Source: an uncultured Candidatus Saccharibacteria bacterium (GTDB taxonomy: Bacteria > Patescibacteriota > Minisyncoccia > Phycocordibacterales > CAIZLB01). Taken from it: a stretch of DNA of 64,000 bases. Numbering within the stretch: position 1 is the stretch's first letter; the number at the start of each line of letters is the position of its first letter. The notes beneath the pieces are model-generated. The model ran no database searches. It saw only the letters and a program-made list of their open reading frames with translations, and was not told the origin of the DNA. The position numbers were made by a program, and so were the translations under genes. The stretch is taken from the NCBI GenBank assembly GCA_964620475.1, contig CAZUJN010000001.1, forward strand, positions 83,497-147,496, written 5' to 3'. Of this stretch, positions 9,452 to 19,613 are shown piece after piece.

Positions 9452-10675
9452 ATGTATATGAAGTTTATCTATACAGCAAAGAGAATTGATAATTCCACTT
9501 ATGATGCTATTTTAGTTGCTGATTCGAAAACAGATTTATTTGATAAAGTAAAACAGAATGGCGATACTTTGATTTCTTATAAAATAGAAAAGGGTATTAA
9601 CTGGAAGGATAAAATAGATAATTATTTGATGTCTTTATCTAAAATAAAAACTGTAGATAAGATTATTTTTGCTAGAAACTTGGCTAATATGATAGAGGCG
9701 GGTCTATCTTTAACCCGTGCTATATCTGTAATGGAAAAACAGATTAAAAATAAAAAATTAAAAAATATATATAAAGAGATTAATCAAGATATAGCAAGTG
9801 GAAAGAGCTTTCATGAGGCTTTATTGAAGTTTAACAATGTTTTTCCTGCTGTATTTATATCTATGGTTAAGGCAGGTGAAGAAAGTGGTAATCTTGCAGA
9901 TTCTTTAAGGTCTATAGCCACTCAAATGGAAGCAACCTATAAATTACAGAAGAAGATTAAGGGTGCTATGATATATCCTGGTGTTATTATGACTGTTATG
10001 TTGATTATTGGTGTTATCATGATGATGTTTGTGGTTCCAAAGTTAACCGCTACATTTAAAGATATAGGTGCTGATTTGCCCGGATCTACAAAGTTTATTA
10101 TTTGGTTAAGTGATACCTTAAGAAATCATTTCTTTATATTTACAATAATCCTATTGATAATAATGATTGTTATTTATAAGTTAATGCACACAAGAGGCGG
10201 TAAGGATTTGTTTGATAGTATAATAATAAAATTACCTGTATTTGGGCAAATAGTTAAAGAATCTAATTCAGCTAAGACCGCAAGAACTATGTCTTCTCTG
10301 ATAGGTTCTGGTGTAAATCTTATACAATGTGTTGAAATAACCAATGAGGTTATACAAAATAATTCATATAGAAAAGTTCTTGATCAAGTAAAAATAAATG
10401 TTGAAAAGGGTAAGCCTATGTCAGAGGTATTTTCTAGAAATGAAAATCTATATCCAATATTTGTTGCTGAAATGGTAAATGTAGGCGAAGAGACAGGAAA
10501 ATTATCAAGTATGTTGCAAGGTGTTGCGACCTTTTATGAGAATGAGGTTGAACAAAAGACGAAAGATTTATCAACCATAGTAGAACCTCTGCTCATGGTT
10601 ATAGTGGGTAGCGCTGTTGGTTTTTTTGCTATATCAATGATTACACCAATGTATTCAGTAATGAATAATTTATAA
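9452..10675 (+). CDS. pilC: type IV pilus / T2SS inner-membrane platform protein (GspF/PilC family)
   Basis: 407 aa, two T2SF repeats and three TM segments. Confidence 0.85.
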   Translation: MYMKFIYTAKRIDNSTYDAILVADSKTDLFDKVKQNGDTLISYKIEKGINWKDKIDNYLMSLSKIKTVDKIIFARNLANMIEAGLSLTRAISVMEKQIKNKKLKNIYKEINQDIASGKSFHEALLKFNNVFPAVFISMVKAGEESGNLADSLRSIATQMEATYKLQKKIKGAMIYPGVIMTVMLIIGVIMMMFVVPKLTATFKDIGADLPGSTKFIIWLSDTLRNHFFIFTIILLIIMIVIYKLMHTRGGKDLFDSIIIKLPVFGQIVKESNSAKTARTMSSLIGSGVNLIQCVEITNEVIQNNSYRKVLDQVKINVEKGKPMSEVFSRNENLYPIFVAEMVNVGEETGKLSSMLQGVATFYENEVEQKTKDLSTIVEPLLMVIVGSAVGFFAISMITPMYSVMNNL

Positions 10676-10677
10676 TT

Positions 10678-11112
10678 ATGATTAAAATAAATTTAAAAAA
10701 TCGAGGATATACTTTTATAGAAATAATGGTGGTTTTATTTATAGTTTTTACAATATTAGGTATAACTGTAATATCATTTCATTCATTACAAAATAAACAA
10801 AGTCTTGATAAACAGGTCGATTTTATAAAATCCCTAATAATCGAAGCTAGACAGTCTGCTTTAAATTCTAAAAACGGCCGAGATCAGAAAATTATATTTT
10901 CAACTTCTTCTATTGCTTTAAATGAAAAGGTTTTTGATTTAGAAAATAATATACAATTAAGATCTTATTCTATGGCAACAAATACTATTATTTTTTATAG
11001 GGTTACAGGATTAGCCTCTGCTACTGGAACTATAGAATATGTTATTAGGAGAGATGATAAAGATTTCGCCACATCATCTATTATGATAAATGCTTTAGGT
11101 ATTATAGAATAA
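10678..11112 (+). CDS. prepilin-type N-terminal cleavage/methylation domain protein (pseudopilin / minor pilin)
   Basis: N-terminus NRG|YTFIEIMVVLFIV with Glu at +5. Confidence 0.7.
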   Translation: MIKINLKNRGYTFIEIMVVLFIVFTILGITVISFHSLQNKQSLDKQVDFIKSLIIEARQSALNSKNGRDQKIIFSTSSIALNEKVFDLENNIQLRSYSMATNTIIFYRVTGLASATGTIEYVIRRDDKDFATSSIMINALGIIE

Positions 11113-11119
11113 TAATAAG

Positions 11120-11605
11120 ATGCTTAAATATAAAAAAAATAAATTAGGTATATCTATAGCAGAAGTTATAGTTGCCTCGGCTATAATATCTGTTTTTATG
11201 TTAAGTATTGCAAATGTCTACAATAATTTAGTTAAGTTGTCGGTTGAAAATACGTATAAAACCCAAGCGGTTTTTCTGTTGGATGAAGGTGTGGAGGCGA
11301 TGAAAATGATGAGATCTTATTCTTGGAGTGATATAGCTAGTTCAACCCAGGGTGTTGATTATTATCTTATTTGGCAAAACAATAGATGGCAAGCCACAAC
11401 CACCCTAGTTATATCAGATGATGTTTTTATTAGAAAATATAATGTACAAAATGTTTATAGGGATGCTAATACATTAAATATTGTTTATAGCGGTGGTGTG
11501 TCTGATAATAATAGTAAGATTATAAATATGAAAGTTGAATGGAATTATAAAAATGCCACGAATACAAAAGACACAAGTTTTTATTTAATCAATATTTATG
11601 AGTAA
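11120..11605 (+). CDS. prepilin-type minor pilin/pseudopilin
   Basis: KLG|ISIAEVIVASAII with Glu at +5. Confidence 0.55.
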   Translation: MLKYKKNKLGISIAEVIVASAIISVFMLSIANVYNNLVKLSVENTYKTQAVFLLDEGVEAMKMMRSYSWSDIASSTQGVDYYLIWQNNRWQATTTLVISDDVFIRKYNVQNVYRDANTLNIVYSGGVSDNNSKIINMKVEWNYKNATNTKDTSFYLINIYE

Positions 11606-12110
11606 TATGAAATATTTAAAAAAACAAAAAGGTTTTTCATTAATAGAGATTGTTATATATTTATCTTTGTTGATAATTGTGTCTGTGCTTGTTATACAGA
11701 GTTTGCTTTCATTGTTTAAAAACTATAATGTAGTTAGAGCTAATCAAGAATTAGAATCAACAGCAGTAAATATAATAGATAAAATAAACCGCGATGTAAA
11801 AGATTCTCAGGGTGTATTAATAGAACAGAGTTTGTTTCTTATTCCACAAGGTGTATTGACATTAAATAATTCTTCTACATCCACTACAAAATTTTCATAT
11901 GAGAATAATAGAATAAAATATTATAAGAATGATAGTTTTATAGCTAATCTTTCAAATAAAAGTATAAATGTTAATAATTTTAAAGTATATTTAATACAGA
12001 GTACTAGTACAAAAGCGGTTAGGATTGATTTAGGTTTAGATGTAAAACCCCATCTCTCACAAGAGGTTTTTAATAAAACTTTTCATACAACAATACAACT
12101 TAGAAAATAA
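11598..12110 (+). CDS. prepilin-type minor pilin/pseudopilin
   Basis: KQKG|FSLIEIVIYLSLL with Glu at +5. Confidence 0.6.
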   Translation: MSNMKYLKKQKGFSLIEIVIYLSLLIIVSVLVIQSLLSLFKNYNVVRANQELESTAVNIIDKINRDVKDSQGVLIEQSLFLIPQGVLTLNNSSTSTTKFSYENNRIKYYKNDSFIANLSNKSINVNNFKVYLIQSTSTKAVRIDLGLDVKPHLSQEVFNKTFHTTIQLRK

Positions 12111-12128
12111 TTAATATATAATGATTGT

Positions 12129-13889
12129 ATGAAGATTAAAAATACTCAAAAAGGAGCTATCATGATAGTAATGGTGTTATTTCTTATAATAATATCTTCG
12201 GCCATGTTGATTGGTATATCTTATCCAGTGTCTAATCAAGTAAAGGGCACAAGTGAGTATTTAAAATCAAAAGAAACTTTTGATATAGCAGATAGTCAGA
12301 TAGAAAATTCTCTATATAGATTTAATAAAGGTAAAAATGATGCACCCACTGATATATACCTCATGGGCGCAACAGCTACAGCAGAACTTGTTGAAATAGG
12401 TGGAGATAAAAGTGTCACCGTGAAGGGCAGTAAGAATATTTTTGAAAGATATATACAATCTGTTTTTACTAAAGGTGAAGGAACTTCTTTTAATTATGGA
12501 TTACAGGTTGGTAGCGGTGGTTTATATATGGATGGTTCTGCTAAAGTAATAGGTAATATATATGCAAATGGTGATATTGTAGGTCTAAGTGGCACACAAT
12601 GGTCTCAACAAAATGAAATAACAGGTACAGCTATCGCCGCTACTTTATCCAACCCTGTAGAGTCTATATCTATATATAATAATAGTGCAGGAACTACATT
12701 TGATATAGGGAGAACAAATTCAAATCAAGATATAGCCCAATCCTTTGTTGCGGCAACCACAACATCTATAAATGAAATACAGATATATATAAAAAAGACT
12801 GGTTTGCCAGCAAATGCTACGGTTAAAATAGTTAATAACGATAACGGTAATCCAGGATCAACTGTATTAACTTCAGGAACATTAATATCTACTTTAACAA
12901 CAAATTCATTTGCATATGTTCCTGTTGTGATGAACACATCTGTTAATCTGGTAAATGGAAATACATATTGGATTGTCATTGATGTATCATCAAATGATAA
13001 TAATGATTATTACTCTTTGAGGGTTTATGATAATCAATTTCCAGATTTTGTTTCCAAGCAAGGTAGATTTGTTAATAATCTAATAGATACAACTCCAAAT
13101 ACTTTGGATTTTGATATGAAAATATTGGTTGGTGGAGATAAGGGTATAATATCCGGAATTAAAGCAACCGAAGCTTGGGCAAATGTTGTTAATAACTCAA
13201 CTGTGTCTGGTACCATATATTGTCAAATAGGTAGTGGAAATAATAAATCATGTAATACATCAAAATCTGATCCTGTAACAGCTCCTTATCCTGTATCTGA
13301 TGCAAATATTTCTGAATGGAAATCATGGGCTGAATCTGGTGGTGCCACTTCAACAGTAAATATAGACTCATCTGATACTGTTTATCTTGGCCCTATGCGT
13401 ATTAATGGCGATTTAAATATATCTCAATCGGGTAAGTTATATATAACGGGTCCTATTTATGTGACAGGCATGGTAAGTGTAACAGGTTCAGGTAAAATAT
13501 TTGTTGACCCTTCATTGGACTCAGCTAGCGGTTTGATAATATCTGAGGGTTTAATCAATATAGGCGGATCTGGCGGTATATATGGATCAGGTCAACCCGG
13601 TAGTTATGTATTATTAAATTCTATGAGATCATGCACAGATTATACTAATTGTAATAATAACCCTGCTATATCTATATCAGGTTCAGCAGGTTCTGTTGTT
13701 CTAAATACACCAAATGGTGCTATTAAACTCTCTGGTTCAGCCAAAATAAAGGCCGGATCATCGAAAATGCTTATAATGGATGGTTCTACATCTGTGGAAT
13801 ATGAGACTGGTTTGACTAATATCAATTTCACCACTGGTCCATCAGGTTCATGGATTAAAAAGTTATGGTCAGAGGTTTTGGGACTGTGA
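12129..13889 (+). CDS. large pilus-associated protein (PilX/ComGG-like N-terminus, Gly/Ser/Thr/Asn-rich ectodomain)
   Basis: 586 aa. The N-terminal hydrophobic helix KGAIMIVMVLFLII resembles a pilin but lacks Glu5. It lies in the pilin operon. Confidence 0.4.
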   Translation: MKIKNTQKGAIMIVMVLFLIIISSAMLIGISYPVSNQVKGTSEYLKSKETFDIADSQIENSLYRFNKGKNDAPTDIYLMGATATAELVEIGGDKSVTVKGSKNIFERYIQSVFTKGEGTSFNYGLQVGSGGLYMDGSAKVIGNIYANGDIVGLSGTQWSQQNEITGTAIAATLSNPVESISIYNNSAGTTFDIGRTNSNQDIAQSFVAATTTSINEIQIYIKKTGLPANATVKIVNNDNGNPGSTVLTSGTLISTLTTNSFAYVPVVMNTSVNLVNGNTYWIVIDVSSNDNNDYYSLRVYDNQFPDFVSKQGRFVNNLIDTTPNTLDFDMKILVGGDKGIISGIKATEAWANVVNNSTVSGTIYCQIGSGNNKSCNTSKSDPVTAPYPVSDANISEWKSWAESGGATSTVNIDSSDTVYLGPMRINGDLNISQSGKLYITGPIYVTGMVSVTGSGKIFVDPSLDSASGLIISEGLINIGGSGGIYGSGQPGSYVLLNSMRSCTDYTNCNNNPAISISGSAGSVVLNTPNGAIKLSGSAKIKAGSSKMLIMDGSTSVEYETGLTNINFTTGPSGSWIKKLWSEVLGL

Positions 13890-13901
13890 TATAATTCTTT
13901 T

Positions 13902-14711
13902 ATGATTTCTAAAAAACCTATTGTTGTTGCGAATTGGAAAGCATCACAAAATAATTATAAATTAACAGAGAAAAAAATAGGTTCTCTTTTAAAGAATTTA
14001 AATAAAGACAAAACGAAAGTTGATCTAATAATAGCTCCTAATTTTTTATTTTTACAAAATTTAAAAAAGATTTTTAAAAAAAGTATAGGCCTATCTGCAC
14101 AAGACGCTTCTGTATTTGAAGATGGTTCACACACAGGAGAAACAACCTCAGAATCAATAAAGGATGTGGGTATAGATTATGTGATAATCGGTCATAGTGA
14201 AAGGAGAGATCAAGGTGATACACAGGATATGATTATTAAAAAAATACAGAACTCTTTAAAAAATGATTTAAAAGTTATATATTGTATCGGTGAAAAAGAA
14301 AGAGATAATGGTGTAAAATATTTAAAATTGATAGAAGATCAAATAGTTTCTGTGTTCAATAATGTAGACAAGAAGAAGTTTGAAAATGTCATATTAGCAT
14401 ATGAACCTGTTTGGGCGATTAATAATAAAGATAATTTATCTATAGATGCACATTCATTGCATAGCATGGTGATTTATATTAGAAAAATATTATTAGAAAA
14501 ATATGGTGATAATATTTCTAAAAATATAAATATACTTTATGGCGGATCTATCACAAAAGAGAATGCTCAAGATATATTATGGAACGGTGAAGTGCAAGGT
14601 TTACTTATAGGTCGAGCATCATGGGATAATGATAGCTTAGCCTCTATAATAAAAAATATAATTATTAATCCAAAGAAAAATATACTAAAAGTTTATGGAA
14701 ATAAAAAATAA
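13902..14711 (+). CDS. tpiA: triosephosphate isomerase
   Basis: 269 aa. VVANWK, IIGHSERR, YEPVWAI, GGS... motifs. Confidence 0.85.
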   Translation: MISKKPIVVANWKASQNNYKLTEKKIGSLLKNLNKDKTKVDLIIAPNFLFLQNLKKIFKKSIGLSAQDASVFEDGSHTGETTSESIKDVGIDYVIIGHSERRDQGDTQDMIIKKIQNSLKNDLKVIYCIGEKERDNGVKYLKLIEDQIVSVFNNVDKKKFENVILAYEPVWAINNKDNLSIDAHSLHSMVIYIRKILLEKYGDNISKNINILYGGSITKENAQDILWNGEVQGLLIGRASWDNDSLASIIKNIIINPKKNILKVYGNKK

Positions 14712-15861
14712 AAGAGTCTTTTTAAGAGCTGATTTTAATGTACCTATTCAAGGGGGAATTGTAAAAGATGATTATAGAATAAAAACTACAATTGATACTT
14801 TAAAGATTCTAAAAGATGGTAATAATAAGACATTATTGGTTTCTCATATAGAAACAAAAGACATTGAAAAATCTACTTTAAAACCAGTTTTTGAATATTT
14901 GAAAAATAATTTCACAGATTTCACTTTTCATTTTTTGGAGAATGTCGGATGTTTAGATGATATAAAAAATGCTTTCGAGGGTGTAAAAGAAGGTGAATTT
15001 CTATTGTTGGAAAATATTAGAAATTTATCTGGAGAGAAAGATAATGATATAGAGTTAGCTAATTTCTTTCACTCTATAACTGATTTTTATATAAATGATG
15101 CTTTTGCGGTTTCTCATAGGAATCATATGTCTGTGTCTGCTTTGCCTAAAATATTTACAAGAGAAAATAAAATGTTTGGAGTTCAGATGCAAAAAGAAAT
15201 AGATAATCTATCTAAAATAATAAATCCGAATACACCTGTCGCTGTTATATTATCTGGAGCAAAATTTTCCACTAAACTTCCCCTAATACAAAAATATTTA
15301 AATACCGCTGATAATATTTTTATAGGTGGTGCATTGTATAATAATATTTTAAAATCTCTGGGATATAATGTCGGTTCATCATTAATAGATAAAGACGCAT
15401 CGTATATAGATGAGATGATTAAAACTGATAATTTTAAAAATAAAGTTTATATATCTGAATATGTTGTTGTTAAGGATATTAATACAGGGGAGATAAAAAT
15501 TAAAAATATAAAAGAGGTTTTAGAATCAGAAACAATACAAGATATAGACAATCAAAGTGTGTATGAGTTTATTAATACTATAAAAAATAAAAATGCACAG
15601 ACTATAATTTGGAATGGCCCTCTTGGAAATTATGAAATAGATGATTTTAAAAAAGGAACAAGGTTTTTAGCTGAAGAGTTAATAAAGTTTGTTAATGAAT
15701 CATCTGCAAGTTTGTATATAGGTGGAGGTGATACTGTTGCTTCTATAAACGATATGAATATTGTTAATAACAAAATATTTGTATCTACTGGAGGTGGAGC
15801 AATGCTTGAATTTTTGGAAAAAGATGGAAAAATTCCTGGGGTTGTTAATGTGACTATGTAG
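14695..15861 (+). CDS. pgk: phosphoglycerate kinase
   Basis: 388 aa. RADFNVP N-terminus and a GGGD... C-terminal hinge (IGGGDTVA). Overlaps tpiA. Confidence 0.8.
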   Translation: MEIKNKRVFLRADFNVPIQGGIVKDDYRIKTTIDTLKILKDGNNKTLLVSHIETKDIEKSTLKPVFEYLKNNFTDFTFHFLENVGCLDDIKNAFEGVKEGEFLLLENIRNLSGEKDNDIELANFFHSITDFYINDAFAVSHRNHMSVSALPKIFTRENKMFGVQMQKEIDNLSKIINPNTPVAVILSGAKFSTKLPLIQKYLNTADNIFIGGALYNNILKSLGYNVGSSLIDKDASYIDEMIKTDNFKNKVYISEYVVVKDINTGEIKIKNIKEVLESETIQDIDNQSVYEFINTIKNKNAQTIIWNGPLGNYEIDDFKKGTRFLAEELIKFVNESSASLYIGGGDTVASINDMNIVNNKIFVSTGGGAMLEFLEKDGKIPGVVNVTM

Positions 15862-15936
15862 GGTTGACTTAAAAAAACAAAGTTGTATAGTTATTACATG
15901 CTCGTTGGATAGTCCCTCGAGTGAACCAAAAACCTC

Positions 15937-16161
15937 ATGAAAACTTTGCTTCTGACCGCAATGTCGGCCGCTGTTTTCACCGCATCGTCTGTTGCGGATA
16001 ATGTGCCGGTTGAAAAGCTGGCGGTAACAAGCGTTCAAAACCAAATCCCTGGACCTCAAAAGGACAACGGTGTCCCTTGGTGGTTAGTCGGAGGAATCAT
16101 GTTTTGGTTGATCATCGATCTCACCACTGAAACTTCTCGGTACCGTGAGACTGACGATTGA
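15937..16161 (+). CDS. small exported/membrane-anchored protein on a GC-rich (~50%) patch
   Basis: 74 aa. Signal peptide MKTLLLTAMSAAVFTASSVA and a C-terminal TM helix PWWLVGGIMFWLIIDL. The local GC is far above the 30% background. A terminator hairpin follows at 16183-16216. Confidence 0.35.
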   Translation: MKTLLLTAMSAAVFTASSVADNVPVEKLAVTSVQNQIPGPQKDNGVPWWLVGGIMFWLIIDLTTETSRYRETDD

Positions 16162-16406
16162 CCCTTGCGACACCTCTATTTCTCGGTATCCTGCCTAACG
16201 GCGGGACCCGAGATTTTTATTTTTTGTTGTGATATAAATTATCTGTATGACCTTAAGACGTATTATAATATTTCTACTCATTCTTATAACTATCTACATC
16301 CTAACCTGTTACCACCGATGAGTAATCAAGAAATAACAATTGCCATTCTAATTATTTCTCTCCTGATAATTTTGAGAGATAAACGAGAGGGAAACACGCC
16401 ATAACA

Positions 16407-16437
16407 AAACCCCAGCCTAACGGCCGGGGTTGGTTTA
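16407..16437. terminator. bidirectional terminator between convergent genes
   Basis: ccccagcc-taac-ggccgggg flanked by A/T runs. Confidence 0.5.
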
Positions 16438-16440
16438 TTA

Positions 16441-16818
16441 TTATTTTTTAGATTTTATTAATGGATCACACGGTTTTACCGCGAATCTTCCACTACCAGA
16501 CAAGAATAATACTATAGAGCCTATAAGTAATACTATTGCACTACTGTCACCTTTACTGTAATAAACTGCACCTGACATTATTATGACAGCACCCAATGCA
16601 GCAAGTTTTGTCCAAACCCCAAATAGTATTCCTAAGCCCGTTAATAATTCGCCTATAGCAACAGCCCAAGCTGTAGTTGTACTCAAACCAAACACTGTAT
16701 TAAACATAGATACAGCCTGATCCATATTTGATAACTTCATGTATCCGGCTAGTATCAACATTGCACCAACTATTATTCTTATAATTAATAAAATTGTATT
16801 TGTTATTTTGTTTTTCAT
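16441..16818 (-). CDS. DoxX family membrane protein
   Basis: 125 aa with four TM helices and a DoxX-like pattern (IVGAMLILAGYMKL). Confidence 0.65.
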   Translation of the reverse strand: MKNKITNTILLIIRIIVGAMLILAGYMKLSNMDQAVSMFNTVFGLSTTTAWAVAIGELLTGLGILFGVWTKLAALGAVIIMSGAVYYSKGDSSAIVLLIGSIVLFLSGSGRFAVKPCDPLIKSKK

Positions 16819-16825
16819 ATATAAA

Positions 16826-17269
16826 TTATAACACCTCTATTATTTTTTGTGCTACCTCTTCCATCTCGCCGGCTATATATGTATATTTACTATCTTCGAA
16901 ATCATTATATTTGGGTATTACATGTATGTGAGAATGAAATATATCTTGTCCTGCACCACTTTCATTATTCATCAATATATTTATACCATCAGCACTTAAA
17001 CCATTTTTGATAGCTATAGCTATTTTTTGTGCAGTGATATTTATATGACACCAAGTCTCAACAGGGGTGCTGTATATATTTTCAAAATGACTTTTAGGTA
17101 TTATCAGGGCATGTCCTCGGGTTTTAGGTTTAATGTCTAGAAAAACTAAACTATTATCATCTTCATAGATTTTTACCGCTGGTATCTCATTTCTTATTAT
17201 TTTACAAAACACACAATCAGCTTCTATTTGGGCATCATCATGTATTTCTCTGTTGTCATTTGTATTCAT
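16826..17269 (-). CDS. HIT (histidine triad) family hydrolase
   Basis: CVFCKII plus the HSHIHVIPK triad motif. Confidence 0.85.
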   Translation of the reverse strand: MNTNDNREIHDDAQIEADCVFCKIIRNEIPAVKIYEDDNSLVFLDIKPKTRGHALIIPKSHFENIYSTPVETWCHINITAQKIAIAIKNGLSADGINILMNNESGAGQDIFHSHIHVIPKYNDFEDSKYTYIAGEMEEVAQKIIEVL

Positions 17270-17292
17270 GAAAGTATGATATCATATATGCC

Positions 17293-19059
17293 ATGTTAGA
17301 GACCATAGATAATAACTTCGCTAAGAAGATACTGAGAGATAGGGGTTTTACAAAAGGTGAGATAGAGGATTTTCTTAACCCTGTATATATAGAAGATAAA
17401 GCGGGTTTGTATGATGCTAAAAAGATGAAGGATATAGATAAAGCCATAAGTCGTGTCTGGGAAGCTGTAGATAACAATGAGAAGATTTGTATATATTCTG
17501 ACTATGACGCTGATGGAGTTCCTGGTGCTGTGATATTACATCAATTTTTTAAGAAAATAGGTTTTGAGGAAAATGTGATAGTTAAGATACCTCATAGACA
17601 TCGTGATGGTTTTGGTTTACATAAACATCTTATAGATGAGGTTAAGAAAGAGGGGGTGAGTTTACTTATAACTATAGACTTAGGAATATCAAATGTTAAA
17701 GAAGTTGATCATGCAAATGATCTGGGTATAGATGTGATAATAACAGATCATCATCAACCGCATGAAGAATTGCCAAGAGCGTATGCTATCCTAAATTCAA
17801 AACAAGATGATTGTAATTATCCAGAGAAGAATTTGTGTGGTGCAGGGGTGATATTTAAATTAATACATCTTTTAATAGAGGGAGCTAAAAGTAGAGGTTA
17901 TAAGATAACTCAAGGTTTTGAAAAATGGCTATTGGACATGGCGGGTCTGGCTACCATATCAGACATGGTACCTTTGATCGGTGAAAACAGAATACTGGCT
18001 TTTTATGGTTTAAAGGTCTTACAGAAAAATCGTCGGCCTGGCCTTTATCATTTATTAAAAAAAATGAAAATAGATGAAAGATATTTAGATGAGGGTGATA
18101 TAGGTTTCTCTATATCACCGTGTATAAATGCTGCTTCACGCATGAATCACGCTGATGATGCTTTTATGCTACTTTCTTCGGATGATGAGAATGAAACAGT
18201 AAAACTTGCTGATCAACTTATAGGTTTGAATAAATTAAGAAAAGATTCTGCAAATGAATTGATTAATGATATAAAAAATAAAATCGACTCATCTAAAATA
18301 GGTGACATTATAGTAATAGGTGATGAAAATTGGTCCCCCACTATCTTAGGTCCTGCTGCTTCACAGCTGGTAAGACAGTTTCAGGTTCCGGTTTTTATCT
18401 ATGCAGCTGACGGCGGTGAAATGTTTCGTGGATCATGTCGATCTGTAAAAGACATCTCTTTAACTGAAATCATGCATCATGTGTCTCCAGGTTTTTTTAC
18501 AGAGTTTGGTGGACATCATGCATCAGGAGGTTTTGCTTTTATCAAAGAAAAGAAAGATTTATTTGAAAATGAAATTAAAAATGCATTTCAAAAATATAAA
18601 AGTCAAAGACAACATATTGTCGAAGAAGATGAAGCTTTAGAAAAAATTTACAATATCTCACATGAGCATATAACAACTATTGTAAGTCATTTGAAACAGA
18701 TGAAGCCATTCGGGATGAATAACCCAAATCCTCTCTTCTGTATAAGAAACGTTTCATTGTCTGAGATACGATATTTTGGTAAACAAAAAGAACATATAGA
18801 GTTCCTATTAAAAGACTATATGAAAGAAGATGGAAGTATAGAAAATGTTACACCAGAATTGTTTAGAGATGTATATAAATATTCTGAAAAATTTTCTAAA
18901 AAAGACATTGTAAGGTACATTAGTTTCTTTGCTGAAAATCATTTACAAGATGTTTCAAAGGATGTTAGACATGATATATATGGTCGTATAGAAGAAAGTT
19001 ATTTTTTGGGTAAAAGAGAAATTCGTGTTAAAGTTGAATATATAAATGTTTCAAAATAA
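17293..19059 (+). CDS. recJ: single-stranded-DNA-specific exonuclease RecJ
   Basis: 588 aa. DHH motifs (YSDYDADGV, ITDHH) and a DHHA1 GGHHASGG motif. Confidence 0.85.
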   Translation: MLETIDNNFAKKILRDRGFTKGEIEDFLNPVYIEDKAGLYDAKKMKDIDKAISRVWEAVDNNEKICIYSDYDADGVPGAVILHQFFKKIGFEENVIVKIPHRHRDGFGLHKHLIDEVKKEGVSLLITIDLGISNVKEVDHANDLGIDVIITDHHQPHEELPRAYAILNSKQDDCNYPEKNLCGAGVIFKLIHLLIEGAKSRGYKITQGFEKWLLDMAGLATISDMVPLIGENRILAFYGLKVLQKNRRPGLYHLLKKMKIDERYLDEGDIGFSISPCINAASRMNHADDAFMLLSSDDENETVKLADQLIGLNKLRKDSANELINDIKNKIDSSKIGDIIVIGDENWSPTILGPAASQLVRQFQVPVFIYAADGGEMFRGSCRSVKDISLTEIMHHVSPGFFTEFGGHHASGGFAFIKEKKDLFENEIKNAFQKYKSQRQHIVEEDEALEKIYNISHEHITTIVSHLKQMKPFGMNNPNPLFCIRNVSLSEIRYFGKQKEHIEFLLKDYMKEDGSIENVTPELFRDVYKYSEKFSKKDIVRYISFFAENHLQDVSKDVRHDIYGRIEESYFLGKREIRVKVEYINVSK

Positions 19060-19570
19060 TCAAATAACAATATACACAGATGGTTCATCAAGAGGTAATC
19101 CTGGTCCAGGAGGCTTTGCTTCTATTGTAGTTATTCATGGTCAAAGGGTTATAGAGCTTGGTGGACATGATACACATACAACAAATAATAAGATGGAATT
19201 ATCTGGGGTTATAGAAGGATTAAAAGTTTCATTGAATAACATTGATGCAGGTGTAAAAAATATTAAAGTTTATTCTGATTCAAAATATGTTTTGAATGGT
19301 ATAACATCATGGATACACGGTTGGAAAAAAAATAATTGGCGAACTTCAGCTAAAAAAGAGGTGTTAAATCAAGATCTGTGGCAGGAATTAGATAAACTAG
19401 TTGAAACAGTTTCACAAAAAGATATAAAGATAGAATGGAATTATGTTAAAGGACATGCAGATAATCCGTATAACAACAGAGCGGACATTATAGCGACAAC
19501 ATGTGCCGATGAAGGTTACACAAAAGTCCTATATGATGGCGATATGGATAGTTGGAAGAAAACTTTATAA
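19046..19570 (+). CDS. rnhA: ribonuclease HI
   Basis: 174 aa. IYTDGSSRGNPGPGG, catalytic D/E/D, and HADNPYNNRAD near the C-terminus. Confidence 0.85.
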   Translation: MFQNNQITIYTDGSSRGNPGPGGFASIVVIHGQRVIELGGHDTHTTNNKMELSGVIEGLKVSLNNIDAGVKNIKVYSDSKYVLNGITSWIHGWKKNNWRTSAKKEVLNQDLWQELDKLVETVSQKDIKIEWNYVKGHADNPYNNRADIIATTCADEGYTKVLYDGDMDSWKKTL

Positions 19571-19613
19571 AGTCTTTATCAAAAGTTTAAGGTAAAAATG
19601 GCACAATGTCTGG

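Noticed and set aside
15700-16059. 119-aa minus-strand ORF overlapping the pgk 3' end and the GC-rich patch
   Set aside because: Antisense to pgk, whose frame carries clear PGK motifs. A GC-driven open frame.
16165-16404. 79-aa track ORF MRHLYFSVSCLTAG...
   Set aside because: It starts inside a terminator hairpin and spans AT-rich low-complexity sequence. Only the short C-terminal hydrophobic peptide was retained, and only as a speculative finding.
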